Assembly: GCA_018814355.1 (NCBI GenBank)
Contig: JAHIZT010000037.1
Location: 5,989-69,988 of the forward strand
Direction: 5' to 3'
DNA: 64,000 nt
Origin: Thermoplasmatota archaeon
GTDB taxonomy: Archaea; Thermoplasmatota; Thermoplasmata; UBA10834
Shown: in pieces, positions 1 to 9,228 of the stretch
Layout: every line of letters begins with the position of its first letter
Numbering within the stretch: the stretch's first letter is position 1
Position numbers and translations under genes: made by a program
The notes under the pieces: model-generated
The model's input: only the letters and a program-made list of their open reading frames with translations
The model's database searches: none
What the model was told of the DNA's origin: nothing

Positions 1-642
1 GGTATGGTTCACACGAAAGCGGATCCATACTGGATGAACTGCTTCAGGATATTGAGATGCAGGAACCGCGAATTCGAGGGCAAGACAGTCGGGCAGATAG
101 CCGCCGCCAGGGATCAGGATCCGATCGACGCGACTCTCGATATTCTTGCAGAAGACATCGACACGATTTGGGTACAGTTTCTCGACGACAGAGGGACCGA
201 GACGGCCAACTCTGTTTTTCTCTCCCATCCCTCAGCCATGCCCTGCACCGATGCAGAAGTATACGGAGAGTTTAGGACAACGGACTCGATGCATCGGCCG
301 CCGCCAACTGCCTATGGCATGTTTCCTCACTACATCAGGACCATGGTTCGGGAGAAGGGGATGCTGAGCATCGAGCATGCATTGATGAAGGCAACATACC
401 TTCCGGCACGCAGGTTCGGATTGATGGACAGGGGGATTATCGAACCTGGTGCATACGCTGATATCGTTCTTCTTGACCCCAACTCCATCCGAGAGGTGAG
501 CGACTTCATGGAACCTGTGAGACACCCGGAAGGGATCGAGCTTGTCGTAGTGAACGGCAAACTCGTGTCTCGACGACAGAGGCAAACAGAGGAGAGGCCA
601 GGGAAGGTATTGAGATACAGAACAATCCGTCAGCGGAGTTGA
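1..642 (+). CDS. N-acyl-D-amino-acid deacylase / amidohydrolase family protein (5' truncated by window edge)
   Basis: C-terminal motifs typical of D-aminoacylases: P-TAYGMFPHYI, LSIEHALMKATYLPARRFGL-DRGIIEPGAYADIVL, GIELVVVNG, RPGKVLR. The frame is open to position 1. Confidence 0.85.
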   Translation, partial: GMVHTKADPYWMNCFRILRCRNREFEGKTVGQIAAARDQDPIDATLDILAEDIDTIWVQFLDDRGTETANSVFLSHPSAMPCTDAEVYGEFRTTDSMHRPPPTAYGMFPHYIRTMVREKGMLSIEHALMKATYLPARRFGLMDRGIIEPGAYADIVLLDPNSIREVSDFMEPVRHPEGIELVVVNGKLVSRRQRQTEERPGKVLRYRTIRQRS

Positions 643-1195
643 GTATTCTCGAGGCAGGCCCAGCATCGGCTTGCAGAGTAGCCAAGTCGGTCTCGATTTG
701 ATTGATCGGAAGAGGGGATTTGAAATGAAGTTGGGCCAGACATTCCTTTCTTGACATCAATTAGCAGGGGATTGAGATGCCCAATGTTGGGCTTTGCGCC
801 AAGTCTAATTCCTTACTAGTAGTATATGTGCCAGTTTTAGTCACCGTCAGATTCCGAGCCATAATCCGGGCCCTCGCGCATTGCTACTTCTCCTGACATA
901 CTAGCTCCAAAACCGTTCTTCACGCTGAACTCGAATGAGGAGCGTGACCGCACAGGGAGTCGTGTGTGAGTGCGAATCTTTCGTCAATCTTCACCTATGT
1001 AGTTCATGGTTCTCCCGCCTTGGGCCAGTTGTGCAACGGGCACATGGGCGGGGAGCCTCTTTTAGCATGCCATCAATCATAGGATCATTGCACCCAGTCA
1101 GAGTCCATTCCGTTTTTCGTCTCACCGTTATTTTCATCAAATGAGCAGTCCGGTTTGAGCCTGCAGGTTCGAGTCAACGCAATCAGGATGTTCTC

Positions 1196-2227
1196 TCAAG
1201 GGATGGGTTTGTGGTACCAAGTGAAATGCTTCACGACTCTGAACCCCATGCCCTCGTAGAGCCTCAGTGGGTCGTGAGGATTCTCGACTTCCATGCCCAA
1301 CATAGCTTCTCTCATCCCCTTGTCCTTGAGGATCTTGAAGCTTCTCGCAAGCAGTGCGCGGGCCAGTCCTCTGCCCCTGTAATGCTCCCGGACGAAGACG
1401 TGTTCAGTATGCCCGCGCTTTCTTTCGAACTGCTGATTTTCCTCTTCTGCGATATAATTCAGGACCATTCCTGCAAGTGTGTCCCCGTCCCATGCTACCT
1501 GCCATAGATCAGGCTGGAAGCTGCTCGATTTCTTAAAAGCCTCAAAGTGCTCATCATCCCATTCGTTCTCGGAGAAGTCCCAGTCTTGCAGGCCGGCTTC
1601 CTTGTTCGCCTCCCATATCTTGCTGTATTGCCCGGGCACGACAGGGCGTATTTCGAAGCCAGCGGGGAGTGGCATCTGGGGGATCTCGTCTAGGCTTCGA
1701 ACCATGTCAAGCTCGTGCTGGACGGGTCGATAGCCGTTGGCCAAGACAATTGACTTCCACTCGTTTTCTGAGTCGTTGGCCCAGAGCTCGAAGAAGCTCA
1801 CACCCTGTTTGCCATCCTTTTTCGCTCTTCCCCGAATGTGTCTCTCATTGTACAGGAACAGCTCTTCACGGATCCCTCTGTCACGCCATTCCAGCAGAAG
1901 CTCCACTGAGTGGGCATACATCCTCTTGTCGTCTTCTCGATCTTCCCACCAAACCCTGGCGAGGGCGATCATCTTTCCCTCTGCCTCGGCAACGAGAATA
2001 TCCGCTTGGGGGTCGAAGTCGAGAGGATTGTCGAATTGAGCTGTCAAATCCTCCTCTGTCGTTACATAATCGACGCCGTCGGCCTCTCTGCTGCTAGTCA
2101 TAAGTGCAGCCATCGCAGGGAGCTCCTCCTTTCCTCGGTATCGGCGAAGCGTCAGTCCTTGGATTATGGGGAAGCCCGCGTCCTCAGTCCTATCAGAGAG
2201 TCTCTCTCCGTTTGTCATTTCATTCAC
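1196..2227 (-). CDS. Tandem-GNAT acetyltransferase (MshD-like architecture)
   Basis: Two acetyl-CoA motif-A segments (EWRDRGI; VREHYRGRGLARALL) and a C-terminal LYEGMGF. Confidence 0.85.
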   Translation of the reverse strand: MNEMTNGERLSDRTEDAGFPIIQGLTLRRYRGKEELPAMAALMTSSREADGVDYVTTEEDLTAQFDNPLDFDPQADILVAEAEGKMIALARVWWEDREDDKRMYAHSVELLLEWRDRGIREELFLYNERHIRGRAKKDGKQGVSFFELWANDSENEWKSIVLANGYRPVQHELDMVRSLDEIPQMPLPAGFEIRPVVPGQYSKIWEANKEAGLQDWDFSENEWDDEHFEAFKKSSSFQPDLWQVAWDGDTLAGMVLNYIAEEENQQFERKRGHTEHVFVREHYRGRGLARALLARSFKILKDKGMREAMLGMEVENPHDPLRLYEGMGFRVVKHFTWYHKPIP

Positions 2228-2812
2228 AACGTGGTCGGATGCTCAGAGTGACCAGTCGTCTCCTGCCTGAACAAGGAATTGACAAGCTGTTCGGAGTTTT
2301 TGAAACTTCTGGGTTTCCCTCCAATCAGCAGCCCGATTTTGCGGGCAGCTTTGTGCATGCCACACGCATTAGGTCTTTTTCCATCCGAGGGCTATTGCAG
2401 CGCACGAGACCCTGTCCAAGTCTCTCTCTCAATATAGCGATATTGCTCTCTCCGGAGATCAACGATTTGAACGAGACAAGTCTTGTCCGTAGACCGAAGG
2501 AAGTAGTAGGCCCCTTGCCCTAGACAGCTCTGAGGACGTACATTCTTGTCAGGAACTGCCCTCTTCTGCTCTCTCTAACTTCTTTCATGCGACACTCATT
2601 CCCTCGGACGGTCCTCATATCCGAATTTTCATGGATGTTGAGAGTCAGGATCAAGCGGATTGTATGGATCTAGGGGCTTCATCGTTATGAGGGAATCGCC
2701 AGGCACGCCGTCGGTAGACACCAGCAGATGGCTATCTTATCAGGAGTCTGCATTCTCTCGTAGACTCCGTGAAGGCAAATGCTATATCTCTGTTGGCGGC
2801 TCACCTTCCGCG

Positions 2813-3763
2813 ATGGGCCAGATACGGTACAGACACCCAACTGAAGCAGACGTTGGCTCGATTGTCCGGGCGTGGAACCTGTCTCGACGCGGGATTCCGC
2901 TAGAACGAGATTTCACAATCGGGGAGCTTCGCGCCGAAATATTCGATGACGAGGACTATGACATCAACGGGAGCTGGGTTGCCGAGGCGAAAGGCGAGAT
3001 CGTCGGGTTTGGGTGCGGTACCGTTGAAAGGAGAAGAGTTGAATCTGGTCTGTTAGAAGGATTTGTTACGGTCGAGGTTGTCCCCGAGCACAGAGGACGT
3101 GGGATAGAGAAAGAGATAATGAACCGGGTGCTGGCTTATTTGCGGTCAAGACGCCTGGAGCGCGCTGAGCAATTCTGTCCAACGCTCACGGGATGGAGGA
3201 ACACGCTTTCTGAAGAATATGGATTCAGAGGCGTAAGACATTTCTTCAGGATGGTGCGCAAGGGAGGCAATCCTCCGAAGGACATCAGGATTCCAGCGGG
3301 TGTGCGTTTTGAGAGGAAGATGTTCAAGGACGCAGATGAGGGGGATGTCTCTCTACTGGTAGCGACCTTTAACGACACATTTTCGGAGCACTTCGGTTTC
3401 TCACCCGTATCGGCGAAGAGGTGGCTTCGGCTAAGGGATGCGTATGAGGATGTCGGCATGATCACATTTGCTGTGCGAGAAGGTCGGACTGTCGGGATAT
3501 GCTTCAGTGATGAGAGCGTCCTCTACAACAAGGAGCACGCCTCTGACGTCGGCTGGGTGTGGATGATCGGAGTGACGAAGTCGGAGAGAGGAAAGGGCAT
3601 AGGACGCGCGCTACTTGCAGATTCCGTCGCATGGCTTGCTGGAAGAGGAATTGGCACGGTCTACCTGGGACTCGACGCTGAAAACAGGAAGGCTTTGATT
3701 CTCTACACCTCACTGGGTTTTGACGTAATCCATGAGAGTGTTTACTACAGACTTGTTCTATGA
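2813..3763 (+). CDS. Tandem-GNAT acetyltransferase
   Basis: Motifs VVPEHRGRGIE, GVTKSERGKGIGRALL and ENRKALILYTSLGF. Start placed at ATG 2813, downstream of TATA-like CTATAT (~2782); the ORF-track start is 2660. Confidence 0.85.
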   Translation: MGQIRYRHPTEADVGSIVRAWNLSRRGIPLERDFTIGELRAEIFDDEDYDINGSWVAEAKGEIVGFGCGTVERRRVESGLLEGFVTVEVVPEHRGRGIEKEIMNRVLAYLRSRRLERAEQFCPTLTGWRNTLSEEYGFRGVRHFFRMVRKGGNPPKDIRIPAGVRFERKMFKDADEGDVSLLVATFNDTFSEHFGFSPVSAKRWLRLRDAYEDVGMITFAVREGRTVGICFSDESVLYNKEHASDVGWVWMIGVTKSERGKGIGRALLADSVAWLAGRGIGTVYLGLDAENRKALILYTSLGFDVIHESVYYRLVL

Positions 3764-4120
3764 CTGCGCAGTCTTTTCTTGCCGGAGGCAAACCTTCTGG
3801 AAGAAGCGTTTCCGCTGGGGCAGATTCCTACACTCGAAATCGTCGAGAGTTGATATTGATTGCCTGGGCAAACAAGATCCTGGCTGCTTACAGGCACTTG
3901 CAGCACAAGAGGCCTCGTCCGAGTCTCTTACTTAACATTTCCGGGATATCGGTCAGCGATTCTGCTCGGTCTAGAAACCTCTCTTCATCCCGAAGCCGGC
4001 GTGCACATCAACAAGAAGAGCAACCTCGATAGGCTGGTGAAGTAAGTGGAAGCAGGTTTCATGTTGTTCGGATTTGCAGTAGTGGTCATCGGAATGGATT
4101 CAGCGCTATCATGTGGTGCT

Positions 4121-4561
4121 CTAGATTCTCCGCTTAGTATTGAGCGTTAGTAGATGGATAGTCACTCCGATAGCTACGGCGAGCATGCCGATTCGAACGA
4201 TTACGCTTTCGGTAGCGAACACAGCTGAGAACACAATGACGCCCCAGAGCACTGAAAGGGTTACGACCTTGGTCTTGATTGCCAGACCCTTTCCTTCCAG
4301 GTAGTCTCTCAGATAAGCGCCAAAGTACCTGTTCATCATCATCCAGTTGTACATCCGCATGGAGCCTCTGAGATAACACGCTGCTGCGATCAAGAGGAAG
4401 GGCGTCGTAGGCAGGAGGGGCAGGGGAATCCCAATCAGTCCTAGCGCGAGAAAGAGAGTTCCAACTGCATTCCAGAGAAGCCTGACGAGCTTGCTCTGGG
4501 CAACCGATATCCCTGGTGAGGGAGCGTCGGTCTGCGGCTCAGAAGAATCTCCTTCAATCAT
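4121..4561 (-). CDS. YbaN / DUF454 family membrane protein
   Basis: Signature LGLIGIPLPLLPTTPFLLIAAACYLRGS...HxxFG-like. Confidence 0.85.
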   Translation of the reverse strand: MIEGDSSEPQTDAPSPGISVAQSKLVRLLWNAVGTLFLALGLIGIPLPLLPTTPFLLIAAACYLRGSMRMYNWMMMNRYFGAYLRDYLEGKGLAIKTKVVTLSVLWGVIVFSAVFATESVIVRIGMLAVAIGVTIHLLTLNTKRRI

Positions 4562-4689
4562 CAGTGACCTTGTCAGGACTGATTCACGAGGTATGATAAG
4601 TGTTTTTCTTGCATCCACTCGATTGGAATGATTCCTAGACCTAGTGCCGGAGAGATGCTATCCCAATCTCAGTGAGGAGTCTGCTCATG

Positions 4690-5790
4690 TCAACGTTCCT
4701 TCCATGACATTAGTCTGCTAGAGAGTACGAAGAAGACTGCACCCAGCACCATCAGTATCCCAAGGTTCGCCATTGCGCTCGCGGTGTTATCGAATACCAT
4801 CGTGTCTCTGAGCCCGTTGTTGAAGTAGGTCAGGGGCATGAAGGCCGCTATCGCTCTGATGAAGGTCGGCATCGCCTCCAACTGGAAGAACGCACCAGAG
4901 AGGAACATCATTGGGAACCCAATCACGTTCGCAAGCGCCACACTCGACTCCGGGTCCTTCACTACTACGCCGATGAGCATCCCGAGGGACACGAATAGGA
5001 ACGCCCCAGCTGGAATGAGGACAAGCGCCATCGGTGTCATGTTGGATCTCATGTCAAAGGCGATTCTGCCGACCGCGAAGGTGGCGAAAAGTGATACATA
5101 CAACAAAGCGGAGTAGAACATGAATTTCGAGATCAGCCATTCGTGCTTCCTCAGTTTGGTCGTTGCCAGGAGCTTGAAGTATCCTCGTTCTCTATATGAC
5201 GCGCAGATCGAGGACATCGAATATAGCGATGTGGTCATGACCGTGATGCCAACCACGCCTGGCAGGAAGAAGTCCATGTATGACATGCGCTCCTTAACAG
5301 GTTGAATGTCGAACGAGACCGTGGGCTGGGCTTCCTCCAGCACGTAGTTCAGGCCAGTAGTCGCCGCACCAAGTACCGCTTGTGCGGTCCCGAATGTCGA
5401 TCCGGAGCTATCTCCGAAAAGTGTTACATTGACCAATCGACTGTGGTTCTGAGCCATTGCCCTCGCGACATCCTCGGTGAAATTGCGCGGTATGAGGAGC
5501 GCTAACGAGAGCGACTTGTCGCTGATGTACTTCGTCAGATTCTCATGCGGGGATATCATCTGAATCTTCACCACGCCTGTGTTGTTGAGCGACTGCAGCA
5601 AGGCCACCGAGTACGGACCGTCGTCCAGATTCTGAACCGGCATGGTCAATTCCGTACCTTCTGACGATGTGAAAATCGCCCCGAAGAGCAGTATCAGAAG
5701 TACTGGGAATGCAAAGGTGAAGAACGCGCCTATCTTGGACCTGAGATACTGCGTCGCAAACCCTTTCAGATCAGCGATTATCCTGCTCAT
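4690..5790 (-). CDS. ABC-2 type exporter permease
   Basis: FFTFAFPVLL, DFFLPGVVG, FPMMFLSGAFF and PLTYF motifs; overlaps the ATPase gene by 4 nt. Confidence 0.9.
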   Translation of the reverse strand: MSRIIADLKGFATQYLRSKIGAFFTFAFPVLLILLFGAIFTSSEGTELTMPVQNLDDGPYSVALLQSLNNTGVVKIQMISPHENLTKYISDKSLSLALLIPRNFTEDVARAMAQNHSRLVNVTLFGDSSGSTFGTAQAVLGAATTGLNYVLEEAQPTVSFDIQPVKERMSYMDFFLPGVVGITVMTTSLYSMSSICASYRERGYFKLLATTKLRKHEWLISKFMFYSALLYVSLFATFAVGRIAFDMRSNMTPMALVLIPAGAFLFVSLGMLIGVVVKDPESSVALANVIGFPMMFLSGAFFQLEAMPTFIRAIAAFMPLTYFNNGLRDTMVFDNTASAMANLGILMVLGAVFFVLSSRLMSWKER

Positions 5791-6725
5791 TCCTTCAGCA
5801 CCCCCTCTTCCATCTTTGCTCCTACAAGCCCAAGGAACACGTCCTCGAGGGTCTGCCTCCTGGTGTACATGTCCTTGACGTTCAGTTGAAGCGCCGAAAG
5901 CTTGGCGAAGACGGTCCTCATCTCAGAAGGATCTCTCACTGGAACCATCACGTCCCCTTCTTCCTCGGTCGCAGTGATCCCTCTCCGAGAGATCTCCCTC
6001 AGACCATCCTTGCCCACCCCGACCAGCACGACCACCGTCACCTTGCTGTATTTCGCTATGAGCTCCTCTGGGCTCCCTCGTGCGATGATCTTCCCTTTGT
6101 GCATGATGGCCACATCATCCGAGAGCTTCTCAGCTTCGTCGAGATAGTGAGTAGTAAGGAATACCGTGGTTCCTTTCTTCCTGATATCCTCCACCAATCG
6201 CCATAGGTCTCTACGCGCCTTCGGATCGAGACCAGTCGTGGGTTCATCGAGAAAGAGCAGCTCAGGGTTGTTGATGAGCGACAATGCAATCCCCAGCTTC
6301 CTCTTCTCTCCTCCGGAGAGCTTCTTGGAAATCAGGTTCTTTCTGTCGGCCAAGCTAACGCTCTCTAGGAGGTCGTTCACCTCCTTCTTGGACATCCTTA
6401 TGTCGAAAAGCCCCGCCCAATACCTAACCGCCTCCGGCGGTTTGAGCTCGTCGAACGGTTCGAAGTTCTGAGGCAGGACACCGACTCTGCTTCGGATCTT
6501 GGTGTAGTCGCGAGTCACATCGACTCCGAAGATAGAGGCAGTTCCCGATGTCGGGCTCCTGAGCCCTTCGAGGATCTCCACGGTCGTTGTCTTGCCAGCG
6601 CCATTCGGGCCTAGCATGGAGAATATCTGCTTAGGTTTGATCATAGAAGAGATGTCATCGACTGCTTTCACATCTGGTGGATAGTGCTTAGAAAGATTCT
6701 CTACCTGGATGATCACTTCACTCAA
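5787..6725 (-). CDS. ABC exporter ATP-binding protein
   Basis: Walker A GPNGAGKTT, signature LSGGE, Walker B LLFLDEPTTGLD, H-loop TTHY. Confidence 0.95.
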   Translation of the reverse strand: MSEVIIQVENLSKHYPPDVKAVDDISSMIKPKQIFSMLGPNGAGKTTTVEILEGLRSPTSGTASIFGVDVTRDYTKIRSRVGVLPQNFEPFDELKPPEAVRYWAGLFDIRMSKKEVNDLLESVSLADRKNLISKKLSGGEKRKLGIALSLINNPELLFLDEPTTGLDPKARRDLWRLVEDIRKKGTTVFLTTHYLDEAEKLSDDVAIMHKGKIIARGSPEELIAKYSKVTVVVLVGVGKDGLREISRRGITATEEEGDVMVPVRDPSEMRTVFAKLSALQLNVKDMYTRRQTLEDVFLGLVGAKMEEGVLKE

Positions 6726-6834
6726 GAGCGGTCACCGTTCTGGAGGAACCACATTGCATAACGAGTATAACTCATCTAGTGAGAACCCCCAGAGCTCCGC
6801 TGGCATTGTTCGTCATGTGCCAGATGAGAAGAAA

Positions 6835-7512
6835 TCAAGCAACGGTTCTATCCTTTTCATTCGGAGACCTCCCAAGGTCCATCACCAGCCGAATCCCCAT
6901 CGATCGATTCTTGTTGAAGTATGAAGACCAGTTGTCGTAGAAGACACCCGCCCGTTTGAAACCATAGTTCTCATAGAAGCGCCAATTGCTTGCCTGATCG
7001 TCAGCGTACACCGAAATCCTGGTAGATCCTTTCTGTTTGACGACGTCCACGAACCTGTCCATCAGGACGCTGCCTATTCCTTTGCCCCTGTACTTCGAAT
7101 CGACGAGGAATAGCATGACCTCGGCATCCGCATCGGGCCGGTTTACCAACAACTTCATCTCGACCATCAGGAAGTTCCAGAGCACGGTGGGAAGCCTTTT
7201 GATCCTGCCATACCTGCCCAGGACGAGTTTGGCGCCTGCTTTCATCTCGGAATGGACTATCCTTGTAGGAAATCCCTTGACGTGTCGTCCCCTAATCTCC
7301 CCGAATATGAGCCCAACCAGTTCCCCGTTGTCGAGACACGCGACATCCGTCAAGTTGGACCACGAAACTGCGATTTCGACATACGCTTCCATGATGCGCC
7401 ACCTCTCGAATCCTCCAAGGATGTGATCTTTGACCGGCCATGCTTCGGCTGCAAGCTTCGCGCATCTGATTAGGTCATTGGATGTGTACTCTCTGAAGTG
7501 CAGGTCCTTCAA
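6835..7512 (-). CDS. GNAT family N-acetyltransferase
   Basis: VDSKYRGKGIGSVLM and FYENYGF motifs. Probable TTG start at 7512; the ORF track extends to 7593. Confidence 0.8.
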   Translation of the reverse strand: MKDLHFREYTSNDLIRCAKLAAEAWPVKDHILGGFERWRIMEAYVEIAVSWSNLTDVACLDNGELVGLIFGEIRGRHVKGFPTRIVHSEMKAGAKLVLGRYGRIKRLPTVLWNFLMVEMKLLVNRPDADAEVMLFLVDSKYRGKGIGSVLMDRFVDVVKQKGSTRISVYADDQASNWRFYENYGFKRAGVFYDNWSSYFNKNRSMGIRLVMDLGRSPNEKDRTVA

Positions 7513-7593
7513 TGTATCGTTCGGGATGAATGCCCGATTCGGGCTTAAGCGTTCGCCAATATATGAGCAAAAAGCACCGAAAAGCGAGGCCAC

Positions 7594-9228
7594 CTATTCC
7601 TCTTCAGGCATGAGGTCGAGCAACTTGGCGAGAGCTACAGTGTAATCCTCTAGTTTCACGTCAATCATGGATGGGTCAACGGGCACTTTGTCCTGTATCG
7701 CACACATCATGTGTATCAGACACTTAGGGCAGAACATGAGAAGTCTCTGCGCCCCAACTCTCTTCGCTTCGACCACACGGTCCACCTGGATTCTTTTCGC
7801 GTTCGCGTTGCAGTTGGACCACGCACTCACACCGCAGCATACGGCTTTGTCTCTCGTGTTCTCCATCTCGACGAACTTCGCTCCAGAGAAAGCCTTGGCG
7901 AGTTCCCTCGGCGAGTCATAGACACCAGAATGCCTTCCGAGCCTGCATGAGTCGTGATAGCTGAATGTGAACGAGGGCTTCCTGACCGCATCCAGCTTCA
8001 GGGCTCCTGAATCCGCGAGCTGCTTGACGTAGTCCGCCATATGAACAAGTTCGAACTCCAGGTCGCCTGACAAGTCCTGGTAGTCGCTCTTGAAGGTCCT
8101 GTAGCATTCAGGACATGTGAAGACCACCTTCTTTGCTCCCGACTTTCGGATGAGCGCGATGTTTTGCTCCATGAGTCTCTCAAAGTTTGCCTCGTCACCG
8201 GTCCAGTTCAGGTCATGACCGCAACATTTCTCTTCGTTGCTCACCACAGGGACTACTCCAGCTTTGTTCATTATTCTGACTGCGCTCTCGCAGATCCTCT
8301 GCAGTCCGAGGTCCTTTCTATCATAGAAGATCGCGTCGTAGTGCGGCAGGCAACCTACGAAGTAGAACACATCGCCTTTCTCTGCTACCTTCAGATCCCT
8401 ACCAACCCAAGCGAGCCTATTCTGCTTCTGATCTCCCCTTGCCATCATCCTCTGGACGGAGTGGATCAGCCCTCCTTGGGAGCAGAGAGGCGCGGCGCCG
8501 AAACGTATCGCCTCCTCTCGCATTCCTCGGATGAATCCGGAATAGTCCACCTTGTACGGGCACATCGAGTTGCACTGTTCACATGTAGTGCATGTCCAGA
8601 TGTCCTTGTCCTTGGCTATGTTGTCGACTATCCCCTCCATGGCCCTCATGACTACGGTCCTGGGCGCAAAGTTGGTATCGAGCGTCGCAATTGGGCAGAC
8701 GGTCGTGCACTTCCCGCATTCGACACAATCGAAAGCGCCAGTGTCCTCGATCAGCTGCTTCACCATTGTTACGGTCTGCTCCTTGGTCCTGGTCTTCTTG
8801 ACCTTCGTCTCCTTCAGAAGGGGCGACGGTCCCAGAGCCCTCACTTCCTCGACGAACTCCTTGACGGCCTTGGCGAACCTCACCCTCTCAGAGGCGTTTA
8901 TCCACTCAGTCCTGAGCCTTCTAGAATCCAGTCCCATGATGTCGAAGAGTTTCTTCAGTGCGTCGATCCGTTCCTGCGCCCTCTTGTTCCCGGATACGTA
9001 GTGGCAGTTGTCCATCAGGCATCCTATCACCATGACCCCGTCAATGCCGTGTTCGAATGCGTCCATTATCGCTGCGGGCTCGACGCTTCCGCTGCACATG
9101 ACCCTGACAACGGTCACATTCGGAGGATATTCGATCTTGTTGACACCGGCCAAGCTGGCCGATGGATAACCGCACCAGGTGCAAGCGAACGCGATGATCC
9201 TAGGCTCGAACTTCTCACTCATTGACAT
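7594..9228 (-). CDS. MvhD/FlxD [2Fe-2S] domain fused to an HdrD-like (HdrC 2x[4Fe-4S] + two CCG domains) Fe-S oxidoreductase
   Basis: N-terminal AFACTWCGY...RVMCSG...GCLMDNCHY (MvhD); CVECGKCTTVCP and CTTCEQCNSMCP; EEKCCGHD, YHDSCRLGR and AVCCGVS CCG motifs. Confidence 0.9.
   Translation of the reverse strand: MSMSEKFEPRIIAFACTWCGYPSASLAGVNKIEYPPNVTVVRVMCSGSVEPAAIMDAFEHGIDGVMVIGCLMDNCHYVSGNKRAQERIDALKKLFDIMGLDSRRLRTEWINASERVRFAKAVKEFVEEVRALGPSPLLKETKVKKTRTKEQTVTMVKQLIEDTGAFDCVECGKCTTVCPIATLDTNFAPRTVVMRAMEGIVDNIAKDKDIWTCTTCEQCNSMCPYKVDYSGFIRGMREEAIRFGAAPLCSQGGLIHSVQRMMARGDQKQNRLAWVGRDLKVAEKGDVFYFVGCLPHYDAIFYDRKDLGLQRICESAVRIMNKAGVVPVVSNEEKCCGHDLNWTGDEANFERLMEQNIALIRKSGAKKVVFTCPECYRTFKSDYQDLSGDLEFELVHMADYVKQLADSGALKLDAVRKPSFTFSYHDSCRLGRHSGVYDSPRELAKAFSGAKFVEMENTRDKAVCCGVSAWSNCNANAKRIQVDRVVEAKRVGAQRLLMFCPKCLIHMMCAIQDKVPVDPSMIDVKLEDYTVALAKLLDLMPEEE

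Noticed and set aside
1160-1182. GCAGGTTCGAGTC resembling a tRNA T-arm
   Set aside because: The following bases do not pair to close the T-stem, and no D or anticodon arms are present.
643-1195. Short ORFs in the 643-1195 and 3764-4120 gaps
   Set aside because: No motifs, atypical codon use and no repeats or transposase signatures; treated as non-coding or decayed DNA.
8164-9225. Long antisense ORFs (8164-9225, and likewise 20550-21581, 22174-23064, 31241-32113 and 27795-28679)
   Set aside because: They are shadows of well-supported genes on the opposite strand, expected with GC-rich third codon positions, and carry no recognisable motifs.
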